The translations under genes were made by a program, and so were the position numbers. A model generated the notes under the pieces. It saw only the letters and a program-made list of their open reading frames with translations. It made no database searches and was not told the origin of the DNA. From Octopus vulgaris (lineage: Eukaryota): 64,000 nt of DNA. The stretch lies in contig OX597814.1 in NCBI GenBank assembly GCA_951406725.2, forward strand, positions 67,394,001 through 67,458,000, in the 5' to 3' direction. Shown one piece after another: positions 26,564 through 39,600 of this stretch (positions are counted from its first letter, which is position 1; every line of letters starts with the position of its first letter).

Positions 26564-26773
26564 TAAATATGCACATATACATGCATGTTTATGTGTGTGT
26601 GTGTATTATAATATATATATATATATATATATATTATAATACACACACACACATAAACATGCATGTATATGTGCATATTTATATCTATTATATAAAAGTC
26701 AATGTCTTTATGTGTGTTCCTGTGTTACTTATAGATTCGAAAAATTCTGCACCGATCCTAACGAAATTTGGGA

Positions 26774-26777
<4 letters not shown>
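26481..26777. repeat. ~300-bp palindrome centred on (TA)n
   Basis: ORFs 26341..26676(-) and 26569..26820(+) share the same N-terminal translation; arms are reverse complements. Confidence 0.85.
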
Positions 26778-26811
<34 letters not shown>

Positions 26812-27067
26812 TTAAAATGAGGGTGAGAAATTAGATATTAATTTAATTAACATCGATTTCACACCAGTGGTCTAGCATATAAAAACACTGAAGGTTCAGT
26901 AAAATTGTATTATATACATATTAGAGGGAAACCACTATGTGGACACCCTTATGCTAGAAATAGATCCGCTATGGTCTTACCACTAAGAAATGTTCTCAAG
27001 AAAAATTTTGCAAAACAAAGCGTAATCGAGCAAGACAAAAGAAAAAGCAATAAAAATATGGATTATT

Positions 27068-27137
27068 CGCATACATGTTTCACTATTAACATATTACATA
27101 ATTTTACTTACATAAATGTCCGTAGATCATCGGTGCG
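27068..27137 (-). ncRNA. Hammerhead-like motif (CCGAUGA core) at the edge of inverted repeat 27100-27395
   Basis: Minus strand CGCA-CCGATGA-TCTA...TAGT-GAAA-CATG-TA-TGCG; palindromic ACATGT stem III; decayed homologue at ~50110-50178. Confidence 0.55.
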
Positions 27138-27427
27138 ACCGTCCAGATGAATATAATTTGCAGGACTGCATACTAGGACGTCCGCCCAAAGCCAGACTTG
27201 TAGACAGTTCTACCGATTTTTCCGGTAATTTAGCGCGCCAGAACGAGGACATTTGAAATAGTAACCAGGAGTCTAATGGGTAGCACTGCTTACAAGTCTG
27301 GCTTTGTGCGGACGACCTAGTATGCAGTCCTGCAAATTATCTTCATCTGGACGGTCGCACCGATGATCTACGGACATTTACGTAAGTAAAATTACGTATA
27401 TATATATATATATACATACATACATAC

Positions 27428-27528
<101 letters not shown>

Positions 27529-27899
27529 GTGGAGTAAGTAAGAAGAAAAAAGCGAATATGCACATTGAATATCAAAAATAAAAGGCATTTTTATGAAAAG
27601 TAGCGATAAATAAATACGATTAAATGAACTGCGGTAGAATTAAGAGGAATTAAATTCATTACTTTGAATTGTTAAAGAGATTCAAAGTCAAACCGGTATC
27701 GGTTCACTGGCTTTGAATGCGCACCGATTATCAAACGGTGTCGGGTCTACTAGTCCTTGAGTAAAAAGATAGTATAAGGAATGTAAGTAGTTCTGGACGT
27801 GGTACAATTAGGATCGATATAATACTGTAATATGAATGGTGTATGGAATGTATGGGTGTTAGTGGTATTATTGGTAAGGTTAGTAGTGTTCTGTATTAT

Positions 27900-28270
27900 G
27901 TTCTGTTCATGTTAAGTTGCGGATGATATTTATTGATGAAAGTTGCTTCTTTATTCATTCTTTACTGTACTGAAGTGTTCTGTGAACATTGATAGAAGGG
28001 GAAAATTAGGAAATTAGGATTAATGTTCCTAGCACACCTATCTATGTGTTCACAGACCTGTATCGGTCTGTATTATGGGTGATGATTTTTTCTTTGTGAT
28101 ATTCCTGTTTGGCCAATACACTGATTACAAGTAATGGCATAGATTAGGTTTCGCGAGGGACAGGTGAAATTTGATTTAATCTTAAATATTTCACCTTGTT
28201 TAAAGTGGAACTCTATACCCTCCAAAAGGTGGGGGCATGTGCCACAGTTAGGCCGACCACAGTTTTCCAC
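27900..28270 (-). mobile_element. Penelope GIY-YIG fragment
   Basis: CGRPNCGTCP...FTCPSRNLIYAITCNQC-IGQTG. Confidence 0.75.
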
Positions 28271-28372
28271 TCAGTTCATCTAATTTTATTTATTTATCGC
28301 TACTTTTCATAAAAAGCCTTTAGGTTTTTGATATTCAATGTGCATTTTTCTTTCTTCTTATACATACGTATA

Positions 28373-28735
28373 AGGCGCAGGCAGGCGTGACTATGTGGTA
28401 AGAAGCTTGCTTCCCAACCACATGGTTCCGGATTCAGTCTCACTGCATGGCATCTTCTACTATAGCCGCAGGACGACCAAAGACTTGTGAGTGAATTTGG
28501 TAGACGGAAACTGAAAGAAGCCCATTGTATATGTATATATGTACATATATTTATGTGTTTGTCTTTGTGTCGGTCTTTGTTCCTCTACCATCGCTTGTCA
28601 ACCGATGTCAGTGTGTCTATGTATCCGTAACCTAATGGTTCGGCAAAAGAGACAGATAGAATAAGTACTAGGCTTGCAAAGAATAAGAAGTGCTCCAGCA
28701 TGGCTGTAGTCAAATGACCTAAACGTGTAAAAGAA
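28373..28735 (+). mobile_element. tRNA-derived SINE
   Basis: ggcgcagg...gtggtaagaagcttgcttcccaaccacatggttccgg head; same family as 11800-12352. Confidence 0.8.
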
Positions 28736-29020
28736 TAATGGAATATATATATAAGCGTGTATGTGCATCCGTAAGTGTGTGACTGTGTGTATATGCCCTT
28801 TTCATATTTGCGTTTTAAATGCATGCACGAACACCTGTATCCACATTTATGCTTATGTCACACAAATTAGCGATTCGAACCACCGATTTGATGATTAGCG
28901 ATTAATAAAGTAAGTGTCGGTTTCAAAACATGAATGCTGACCTCGATATGACCAATATGACCACTTAAACTCTTTGTAAGTGCTGCACCTACACGCCTGC
29001 CTATAAGTCAAAGGATGATA

Positions 29021-29230
29021 TTGGTTTCAAATTTTGGCTCATGGCCGGTAGTTTAGGGGCTGGGGTAAGTCGATTACTTCGACCTTAGTGCTCAAATGAT
29101 ACCTATTTTATTGAACCCGAAAGGATGAAGGGAAAATCGACCTCGGCGGAATTTGAGCTCAGAAAATAAAGACAGAGTAAATGCCGCTAAGTATTTTGCC
29201 TGGCGTGCTAACGATTCTACCAGCTCGCCG
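29021..29230 (-). mobile_element. SINE (second family)
   Basis: Minus-strand head ggcgagctggtagaatcgttagcacgcc; matches 2570-2757, 35826-36030. Confidence 0.75.
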
Positions 29231-30002
29231 TTTGATTGAAAAAAATATGAAAGCAATTTGCAGGTAAGTTTGATGTAAAAGAATTCCTCAAAAGACTTCA
29301 TTAAACTCATATTGAACAATAGAATATTCTTTGGATCTTTTCTGCTTGGCTGCCATTTTTCATTTTCTTCAATTTTTGTTCCAATTGATTTCATGTTTGG
29401 CGAATTGGTGAAGTTTTGTAAAGTAAACTTTGACATGAAATTCTGTTTTGCCATAAATCAATAAAAAAGTGTTAATAGCTTTTAAAGTTTACAGATTTGG
29501 GTAATTTTAGTCAGTCGAAAGCCACAGACATATAGGTTTCTGTTTCCATAGTAACAAACCAAACTGTGACTAAGCTGCTTACAACGTGTTCGTTTTGTCG
29601 CTTTTTAAATGCATAAATCACATGCGGTAGATATGCGATTAAATAATAGCTAAATAGGCCTTAAATCACGCGTGTAGAATAGAAATCCGCAAAACTTACT
29701 GAAAATTTCAAAAAATTAAAAAGTTACGAGGGGCTATATGACGTGCGTAAGGCAGAGTTTCGCAATATTTCATTTGTTTACAGTATAGACGATACGTGCT
29801 GTCACGCACAAAATGACAGGTTCCTAATCCCGTATTCTGACTGGGTAAAAATGATCTTTAAATCTCTGTAACTTTTTTTTTTTAATTCTGGGGAAAGTGA
29901 AGTATCTCTTCAGTGTGGAAAATTACACCAATACACAAAATTTTAAAATTTTCACTAAAGTTTAAAAGGTTCCTATTTAAATTCATTTCTCCTACCTTGC
30001 AG

Positions 30003-30080
30003 TAGTTGAACCGAAAGAAAGACCAACCCATGCATTGCGTAATATAATACTCGCTCACAAAAAAGAAATGGACATTCCAG
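30003..30080 (+). CDS. Micro-exon of array, 'DIP' subtype (78 nt, phase 1-1): xVEPKERPTHALRNIILAHKKEMDIP
   Basis: Acceptor ttcatttctcctaccttgcag, donor CCAG|gtaagg; homologous to 13665-13742; not in ORF track. Confidence 0.75.
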
Positions 30081-30319
30081 GTAAGGATTTTCAAACATCA
30101 TGTCTCCAATTTCTATAATCAACAGAAATTAACCAAAGTAATAGAAAAGATGTTTTGCAAACAACTTGCACATGCAAGTACTGGAAGTCGAAAGCTCCGC
30201 ATACTGGAAGCCAGCAAGTGTATGGGGTCATCAGGAGAGAATGCGTGCCGTTTCGGAGCCTATCTCTCGACGGCAACATTGCGCACCGGCCCCACCTCTC
30301 CTCTTAAAATGATCAACTG

Positions 30320-33300
30320 CTAGATCAACTGGTTATCAGATATAGCTCAGTATTCTTCTAGCTTCGCTCATCGTCTCTTTTAACCAAATCTAGGGGCTTG
30401 CCTTTTCCACTGTAGTTTGGCTATCACTCATGGTGTTATTTGCTTTACGATGAGTTAGGCCTAACGATAACAACAGTCGCCTCACTCTGTGTCCAACGAA
30501 TCCTCTACATCAGACTTCGATTGAAAAATGTTCCGCTTTCCAGCCTGCGTCTTCACATTCCACGAGGTTTACATAACCGTCAATCTTTCGAGCCCGTCCA
30601 TGTTATCTTTATGAGGAACCCTTAACTCGACTAGATTTACTACTTTCTTTCACACGATATTATGATATCCGGTTTCTTCGTAACTGGGATAGGAAAGAAT
30701 CCATGGTAAATCTGCAGCCACTTCCCAATAGCCGTTCCACTCTTCATCGCTCATAGGAAGTTTCTTCTTCTTGAAACGGGTCTGCTGTCCTGAGCGCACG
30801 TAGGTATTGAAATTTCTGGTTGCTTCTTTCAATGGTTTTTTTTGCCACTGTTGATGAGAATAATTTGGTTCTTTATAACATGGAGTATAACCTCATGGAC
30901 TAGATTGTGTCTCCATGTATATCTATTCAATGCCAGTGAACAGCTGGAAAGAATATGTTTCGGTGTTTCGACTTTTCCGCATCTGCATATACCATTTTCT
31001 GAGACGTTCCATCTAACTAGATTTGTAAGCGATGGCAAGATATCGTAGGCTGAACGAATCAGAAAACTTACCCGTGATGTAGTCCACCTCCATATCTTAT
31101 TCCAACTTATTTTTCTCTCACCAACGTGTTCCTCCCATTTTGCCATTTGTCCTTGTTGAGCGCATTGGATTAAATGAAGCTCTCTTCTCTCTGTTACCCT
31201 TGCTTTGAAGTTGTTGCTAACAGATCTGCGTTCGCTCCGAATCATGCTTACAAATGGTTTGAACCGATTTGTGTTGCACCCACCATATCTTGATGTGTAA
31301 GTGAAAACAGGATGTCATTAGTCTCTGCTTCTGCTTTCCACTTCCTGGCTGTTTTTACATCTAGTGGATTACGCCTGATTTCTGTATCCTCAGTATCATC
31401 ACCATTTGTACCTTTCTTAGTTTAAAATTTTCGACTATTGATGCCAGAGGTATCTGCAATGAGCCTCTTTTACGATAGAGCTGAACTGTTCAATATCCGA
31501 GATAGGCCTTGCACTTACTAATGAACACATTATACTTTTGTTCAATGATTTGAACTCGTGACAATGCCGCTTCGTATATTAGAATTGGCCACGAAAGGCA
31601 CGGATACAAGCCGAACTGTAAGCACCATATTTGATATTTATCTGGTAGCTTTGAGCTATCAATTGTTGATAACCCATCTTCGACTTGTTTCATAGTTTGC
31701 ATCCCGCGACTCCTATCTGACAATACACGCCCCAAGCTCTTTACGGGTTCTTCCTTGACCGTTAGAATGCTTTCTTCAGTTATTTTACAGTTAACTTCTT
31801 TTTGCACTCCCTTAATAAACGTCAGACTACGCGACGTTTTTGCCCTGAATTGCATCCTTCACCACTTCACAAGCTCGTCTAGCCTCAAGATAGCACTCTT
31901 TTTGGTTTGCTTGTCTGTCGACAGAAGTGTTACGTCATACATGAAGGCCTTCTTAGGTGATTATACATGGGCGATTTGTTCTGAAAGGTCCGCTGCTTTC
32001 AAAATCATTTCCATGACAAAGATAAACTACATGACATATTGTATAGCCAGTAGCAATGCCAATGTCCAATCGGTGCTAATCTGTTGTAAAATTTCCAGCT
32101 GTAAGCCTCATCTCGAGACTTTCATAGTATACCCTCATTAATCTTGCTACTTTCTTCGGAATGTGGAAGTGGTCCATGGCTGTCATCAGTAATTCGTGTG
32201 GAACTGAGCAATATACATTAGTTAGATCAAGCCATACCATGTTAAGACTTGTCTTATTCTGTTTGGCACCTTGGATTGCTTTCCAAATCGAAAAACAATG
32301 CTCAACGCATCCAGGGATGCGTTGAGCAGGATTCCAGCCTTTTGAACAGATTCATCAACATATCCATTACTATGTAGATATGCCACTGTTCTTGAGAGAA
32401 GTCCCATAAAGATCTTGCTTTCAAAATTCAATAAGGATATCGGCCTAAACTGTTTTATAGTCTCTGCATTGGCCTCCTTCGGCAGGTATATGCCTTCTGC
32501 TTTACACCAATCCTCTGCTAGAATTTCTTCGTGCCACAGCTCCCGAAGAAGGACAGACGCCAGGGGCACTCTGTTTTAGCTTTTCTCACAAAATCATTCA
32601 CTTCTTTCACCATGATGTCCCCAACTTGAAATTCGATATCAGGTTCTAAGAGATCAGTGTTTGATTATGGTTGAAATCGCTGTAGGTTTTCTTGATATAA
32701 GCGATCAGTTCTTTTGTACACGATAAAGTTCTACTCTTCGGTTCAGTGAAGAGCTTCATATCTCATACCCGATACGAGTTCTTCAGAAACTGTTCACAAG
32801 TCCTTTTGCCTTCCTTCTCTCTTACTGGCGAATATGCTGTTGCACATAACGACATTTCTTTTTCAAATCTTCGTACTGTTACGCGAGGCCAGGTTTTTCG
32901 TTTTCCTCAGTACATTTCCCTTGCTTTGTTAGGCTGTTCTTTTCCTTCCTCAACTGTTTCATTTTCCTGATCCTCCTGCTTGGTCCACACTTTCCTTTCG
33001 CTAATCGGATACCATCTTTCACTCCAAATAATTCCTTTCCTGTATCGTATATTGAGCTTGATAACTTTTCTAGTTTTTCCACTGTGGATCCTGTCATTCT
33101 ATAAAGAGCTTGACATACCTTGTTCTTTATATTTTCCTTTCTCATTAGCAGCAGGCCACAGGACCTTCGGTTTCCTCCGAGTTCTATCTGATGCATCAGT
33201 CTCATAACCTGCAGTTTCTTATCGGGAAGAGAACTTTACTGTAGCATTAATCAATCAGCTGTGGTTTGAGTCCGGGGATGATTTGCCCCGTATTTTACAA

Positions 33301-33410
33301 TCAGATGATCCACACTGCTCTGTCCTCTTCTTACAAGTTTTTCCCTGATGTACCTTCAGACATCTCACGTTTGCAAAGGTCCTACAGCAAGCTTGCATCC
33401 AAAATTGCTT
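30320..33410 (-). mobile_element. Degenerate RLE-class non-LTR retrotransposon (NeSL/HERO-like)
   Basis: FRPISLLN RT motif; CRCGKVETPKHILSSC..RYTWRHN zinc knuckle/RHN; many frameshifts. Confidence 0.8.
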
Positions 33411-33413
33411 ACG

Positions 33414-33469
33414 AGAAGAGGTAGAGTCTGAGGCCGAAGAGACAGAGAATCTAGAAATGGGGACACCAG
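33414..33469 (+). pseudogene. 5'-truncated array exon: EEVESEAEETENLEMGTP abutting the LINE
   Basis: Clear paralogy and intact donor CCAG|gtatgg, but the first ~22 nt and pyrimidine tract are replaced by LINE sequence. Confidence 0.7.
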
Positions 33470-33582
33470 GTATGGCTATATGTGCGTGTTTGTGTATGAG
33501 TGTGTGTGGGTATGTGTGTATGCATATGCATACATTTGATTGTGTATAGATGTGTTGCATACGTGAATATCAATATATCGTC

Positions 33583-33617
<35 letters not shown>

Positions 33618-33629
33618 TAATAATAATAA

Positions 33630-34560
33630 TGCCTTGATGCAGTACTAGGCAGTAGCTCTCATGGCTTCTGATCTTAACTGATTGGAAGTGTAATCATGTA
33701 CATTATTTTGTCTTGATATAAAAGATGGGCTACAGCAAATATTCTGCTCAGTATCACAGATTTGCTTGTCAGTTGTTTGACCGTAACCAGTTGAGCATAT
33801 CTCTTAGTGGCTGACGAAATGTGCATCTCTGATCACGAGCAGAAGTAGTGGGGGAGCATCGTAGCTTTGTGCCGAGAGGTATTCTTTGGGTTTTGGATAA
33901 TTCACCTTTGGAAGCATAGGTGTTTCGTTCAACATCCTTAAACAACCCTTATTCAGAGAGGGGCGGGATGGGCTACTCGACCTGAAGAAAATTCTAACTG
34001 GGTCCCACCTGCAAGGTCATGTGCTGTTTATCTTGATATGAGATCACCATGTCACGTACATATGGTTGTGATACATGTGCCTAGTGTACCTTTATCAGAC
34101 GGGTAGTCATGATGGGTATACAATGATAAATAGTTAAATATAACAATGACAAATAGTTAAAAAAGAATAAAAACAATATTGTCAATGATATCAGTGATAA
34201 TAACAATAATAATAATGAAAAGAAGCGGGTGGAGCCTCTCCATGTCCTGGTTAATGATACATCTAGTGATAATGTCACAATAGAAACACTGGTAATTGCG
34301 CAATCTGATAATCGATACCTCATATGAGTGACAACGAAAAAACAAAATATTGTGAATAACGGTGGTAATGAAACTGAAGCTATTGATGGTGACAAAGTTG
34401 CACTCGGCAGGCTCAGAGATTCTGGTCCGGCTCCAGCCTGTCGATATCCAGAAAGGGACCACCACACACGGCGTAGATGGAGCAAGCAAATTAATGCTGT
34501 GGTCATGGAGTGTTATTACCTGAGCAACTCTGTAGATGAAAATGGTGCTCAAATTAGGAG
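33630..34560. mobile_element. LINE-derived fragments (R4-type 5' ORF region and a common interspersed repeat)
   Basis: RRRWSKQINAVVMECYYLS resembles the N-terminal motif of R4-type elements; (TAA)n flank. Confidence 0.45.
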
Positions 34561-34783
34561 TTACACTCGCACACACACAAATACACACACACATACAATA
34601 TACACACGTGTAATACGTACATACATAAAACCATTCAATGTCTGTCTCTGTTTATGTATCTCAGTTTCTCTCTCATTGTGTCTCTGTGTTTGTACGCACA
34701 CACAGACACACGCATACACACACGCGCACACACACACGCACACACATACATACGCAAATAGATAGATAAATAGACAGACAGAC

Positions 34784-34846
<63 letters not shown>

Positions 34847-34856
34847 CAGATAGATT

Positions 34857-34929
<73 letters not shown>

Positions 34930-35116
34930 AGATAAAGCTTCGACGAATATTCGGATATTTACTAGTTAAGTATAGATTTGAATGCGTATGTCAGTTGTGA
35001 TGTTTTATTTTACATGGTTTTTGTATTATGTCTCAAATATTCAAGTAGCATAAAATACTTTAAGCATTAAATATTAAAAATTTCAATAATCAACTTCCTT
35101 CATTCTGTTTCTCTAG

Positions 35117-35194
35117 AATTCGCAGATAATACGATGCCAGAGGAGTTAGAGTCTGAAGCCGAGGAGACGAAGAATTTAGAGCTGGAAACCCCAG
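35117..35194 (+). CDS. Micro-exon of array (78 nt, phase 1-1): EFADNTMPEELESEAEETKNLELETP
   Basis: Acceptor cttccttcattctgtttctctag, donor CCAG|gtatga; not in ORF track. Confidence 0.85.
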
Positions 35195-36465
35195 GTATGA
35201 ATTATGGACGTATGTATACGCGCGTGTTTACATCATGAATACAGAAACTGCTGGAACCACTTGAATGTATTGCAAGCTTTTCCTTTGAATCTATCTTAAT
35301 GTTGAAAATCATTCCATATTACCTACGGATATTTCCAGGATAGGCCAGTGTGCGGAATACGTGTCAAATAATAGAAATAATAATAATTAAGCACAAAACA
35401 TCGTATTTAATGAAATATTAAACAAATCGGCATTTCAGAAAAAGGTGTAGAAACACGTAGTCTTGCACTTTACCTTATCAGTGTCTTGCAATAAATACAA
35501 CAGGTGTTAAAAGCTCCACATATATACACTTTTACTATTGTGCATATTATTAACAACTTCGCAAGTTACATAATAAAGAAAAGGACAGGAAAAGTAGCAT
35601 ATGAGTTCCTGCAAACTCAACACTACGCAAACAAAAAATGTCCTTTCTACGATAGACATAAAATATCTAAATACACCAACATAAAGAATACAGTACGCAG
35701 CCTCACTGAAACCAAACCAAACATAATTACACTTGACTAGTATTAATCCTGACTAATACTCATAAATCTACCTCTACAACTATATCCGCTGTATTTCTTT
35801 TGAAGCTAAGCCTGATACTAATATTGATTTCAAATTTTGGTTCAAGATCAACAATTTTGGGGGAGGGGATAAGTCAATTATACCGACCCCAGTGCTCAAC
35901 TGGTATTTATTTTATCGACCCTGAAAGGATGAAAGGCATAGCCAACCTCGATGGAACTTGAACTCAGAAAGGTAAAAACGGACGAAATGACGTTAAGCAT
36001 TTTGCAAACGATTCTTCCGGCTCTCGTTCTTATTTGCTGATTCTAATATCAATAATGCTACTACTAATAATAATACTATTACCAATGTTGTTGCACCTTC
36101 TGTTCTGCTGTTGTCAATACTACTAGGAATATTGGTGGTGGTGATGATGATTGTAATGGTCTGTATTTGTAAGTTATATGTTTACACGATCACTTTGCAG
36201 AAAAATTTGTCAATGAAGTATCCACTAACATAACAAAGTGTTGGGATCATCTCAATCACAGAGTTTTTAATTATTTTTTTTTAACTAAACAGTGTGATTG
36301 AGATGGAATAGATCCAAGTGTTGCAATGATTATTTGTAATATGAAGATTTTATGAGGTTAAACAAGCTACAGATTTCGAACTACTTGTTCATAAATATTC
36401 TGATATTATAAATATTTATTATTTATAACTTAATATAAAAGATTTCATTCATTCCATTTTTCTAG

Positions 36466-36543
36466 CATTCGAAGACTATACAAAACCAGAAGAGTTAGAG
36501 TCTGAGGCCGAAGTGACGGAAAATTTAGAAATGGAGACACGGG
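36466..36543 (+). CDS. Micro-exon of array (78 nt, phase 1-1): AFEDYTKPEELESEAEVTENLEMETR
   Basis: Acceptor ttcattcattccatttttctag, donor G|gtatga; not in ORF track. Confidence 0.85.
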
Positions 36544-36719
36544 GTATGAATTACATATGCATATATACACATGTATATCCCAATATAAATGCCCCCCCCC
36601 CCACATCACATACTTTCTATGATTTTGAATATATTTTGTAGTCTCAAATAGCATAGAAAACTTTAAATATTCAACAATGAAATTTTATGTAAAAGTTTTC
36701 CTCCTTTCCATTTCTCTAG

Positions 36720-36797
36720 AATTTGAAGAGAATGCGATACCAGAAGAGTTAGAGTCCGAGACTGAGGAGGCAGAGGATTTAGAGCTGGAGACACTAG
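36720..36797 (+). CDS. Micro-exon of array (78 nt, phase 1-1): EFEENAIPEELESETEEAEDLELETL
   Basis: Acceptor ttttcctcctttccatttctctag, donor CTAG|gtatga. Confidence 0.85.
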
Positions 36798-36890
36798 GTA
36801 TGAATTACATATACATACATATATACATACATACATGGACGCTTACATACATAAATACATACATACATACATACATACATACATGGACGC

Positions 36891-36921
<31 letters not shown>

Positions 36922-37084
36922 CAAATCATATTGGGACGATCTGCATACAGAATTAAACTATTTTACTGCGAGGCAACTACGTCAACAAGCAACATTTGTA
37001 GAACATAGAAAGAAGGCTAGTAAATGTAACTTTATTAAAAAATCGAAATTTAACCTTCTTCCCAAAGCTGGGCTACACATATAA

Positions 37085-37785
37085 GCAGCAAAGTTGACAT
37101 GGCCCGCAGAATGTGTTCCTGGATTCTCAGAACCCTCCAGTCGAGAGATTCCCACACCATTATCCTTCTCTTCTCCACTTTTGCCCGACCCCACCTTGAA
37201 TACTGCTGTCCACGGATCTTTTCATTTTGAAGGCCAGATTTTCCTAGTTAACTAAACAATTTGAAACTTCGTATACTGGTAGAATGTGTCAAAAGAAAAC
37301 ATAATTGTAAACCAAAATGAAAACGGAATTGTAATTTCTAAGTTTAACGTTGTTTAATAATTCGAATTTTAACCAATGGTATTCTTTCTTTCGACTTCAT
37401 ATCATTTACTGCCTCTCAAAATATTGTTACTGTGACGTAAACAGCTATTTTGTGATGTAGTTAACGTAAACATGTAAATAGCTAAAATGTAAACATTCGC
37501 TTATCGTAAACAGCTAAATTCGCTTGGCATCGTACACAGCTTTTTCAGTTCCCTAGAATTATATTTGAAACAAAATAAAAATAAAAAGATTCATACGCAT
37601 AAATATCCATCCTTAGACATCAGAAAGATTAGAAATGCAACAAAAATTTAAAATACCGGATCTTTACCTTTTGACCTACATATTAAAAAAATTTTTTTTT
37701 CTAACTAAACACTTTCAAACTTCGTGGAGTATATATAAAATTTGTGTAGATCCTAAATAGCTACACACACATGTATACAAACATA

Positions 37786-37820
<35 letters not shown>

Positions 37821-38007
37821 CTATATACACATATTCTAATGCATATGCATATATGTGTATATATTTATAATGTGTGTGTATTATAGATGCATACATTATA
37901 TATATATAAAAGATGTTTACATACAATATATATATATGTTATATACATCTACATGTATATGTATGTATATATAAGTACCACAGAATTTGAATCAAACTGT
38001 TTTGATC

Positions 38008-38063
<56 letters not shown>

Positions 38064-39390
38064 TACTAAAATTACATCGTTGGAGCAGTAATTTATTTAT
38101 GTATTTTTTGTTATACAATTTATTTTTAAGCTGAATCCCTATCCTGCCATTAACCCCTTTCTTATAAAATAGTTGAAGAATCTGGGGTGTAGGAATTGGG
38201 CCAGTATTGGAACTTTTAACTTCTTGCTCTCTATCTTATGATCTCCGAAATTTAAGAATCTTGTGTTAACTAGGCTCTTATTATTTACTCTGACTCTGCC
38301 ACCACGTCAATGCAAAGACTATCAATATCAGAATCATCTTCACAACCACCACTGAGACATCCTAACATAATCAATGCCACTACTACTATCATCATCCACT
38401 GCCGCCACCACCACCACCACCTCTACAAAAACACCAACACTATAATTGCTGCCATCATACACATCCACTGTCACCACTACACCACCACCACCACTGCCAT
38501 GATAACCACATCTACCACAGCTGTTTGCTTACTGCTTACCTACGCTGTTTAAAATTTTCACAAAATAGCAGTCTACGTCACAGTAACACTATGCAGTTAA
38601 TGATTTCAAATGAAAACTGACAATACGATTGGTTAAAATTCGCAGATTTAAACTACGTTTAAACTTATAAAATACATTTTTATCAAAAAAACTAGTTGAA
38701 ATTAATGTTTTCTTTTGACACATTCTACCAGTATATGAACTTTCAAATTATTTAGTTAACTAGAAAAATCTGAAAAATCTGGCCTTCAAAATGAAAAGAT
38801 CCCTGTCCACTGTGGTCTCCCTACACAAAACAAAATATTATGAGAATTGAAGCTCCCAAAAGGTCAATCACAAAAAAGATAGATGGCATGTCAGACCTCG
38901 ACTACTGTAGTAGATTAGTGAAGCTGAAACTGTATTCACTCCAACGACGCCGTGAACGCTACATTATCTGTATGATGTGGAAAATATTCCATAAGCACTG
39001 TCCGGATGATGTTGGCATCACCTTCAAAATACATCCAAGGCTTGGACCACGCCATCCGTCCACAACAAAAATCTAAATCACATCACATAACGACAATACG
39101 GCACAATTATTTCACCTCAATTGGACCCGCTCTCTTCAACATTACACCAGGACACGTCAATACAGAAACTGACCACACAAAATTCAAGAAGTCTTTGGAT
39201 AAATTCCTTCAAACAGTCCCGGACAAACCACCCACACCCGGATATGTCACCGCAAACAATAACTCTCTGCTCGAATGGGCCTTGGTGCCCAAATCCTGGA
39301 TTGAAAGACTTCGCCAGGTAGTGCTGTTAAGTCAGACATGGCCTGGGCCAATACTGGCCAAAACCTTTCTAAGTTATTCTAAGTTTAAGC
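37085..39390 (+). mobile_element. CR1-type LINE 3' part, split by a MITE
   Basis: FARPHLEYCC|PLWSPYTKQNIMRIEA...YSLQRRRER rejoins across 37211-38805; ends in (TTCTAAGTT) repeats. Confidence 0.8.
37211..38805. mobile_element. Non-autonomous DNA transposon with long TIRs and 2-bp (TC) TSD, CMC-like
   Basis: CACGGATCTTTTCATTTTGAAGGCCAGATTTT ... AAAATCTGGCCTTCAAAATGAAAAGATCCCTG; TC duplicated on both sides. Confidence 0.75.
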
Positions 39391-39559
39391 AAAAACGAAA
39401 ACATGAATGATATAAGACCACCACGTGGTTTGGCAGCTAGCGACATTCCAACAGATTCCATAGTGCCTGCCAGCCAAACTACATTACTGGCTCAAGTTAC
39501 TGACGCCTGTCCCCCAAATACGACTATGGTAAATAGCAGGCACAACCGCAACGTTTATT

Positions 39560-39600
<41 letters not shown>

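Noticed and set aside
29247-29420. Possible first exons: ATG AAA GCA ATT TGC AG|gtaagt and a hydrophobic stretch (IFFGSFLLGCHF) upstream of exon 30003
   Set aside because: The strong donor is phase 2, the implied 59-nt intron has no pyrimidine tract, and the region abuts a SINE and looks transposon-derived; cannot be supported without cDNA
38310-38552. His/Thr-rich ORF
   Set aside because: Degenerate (CAC/CAT)n repeat inside the TIR element
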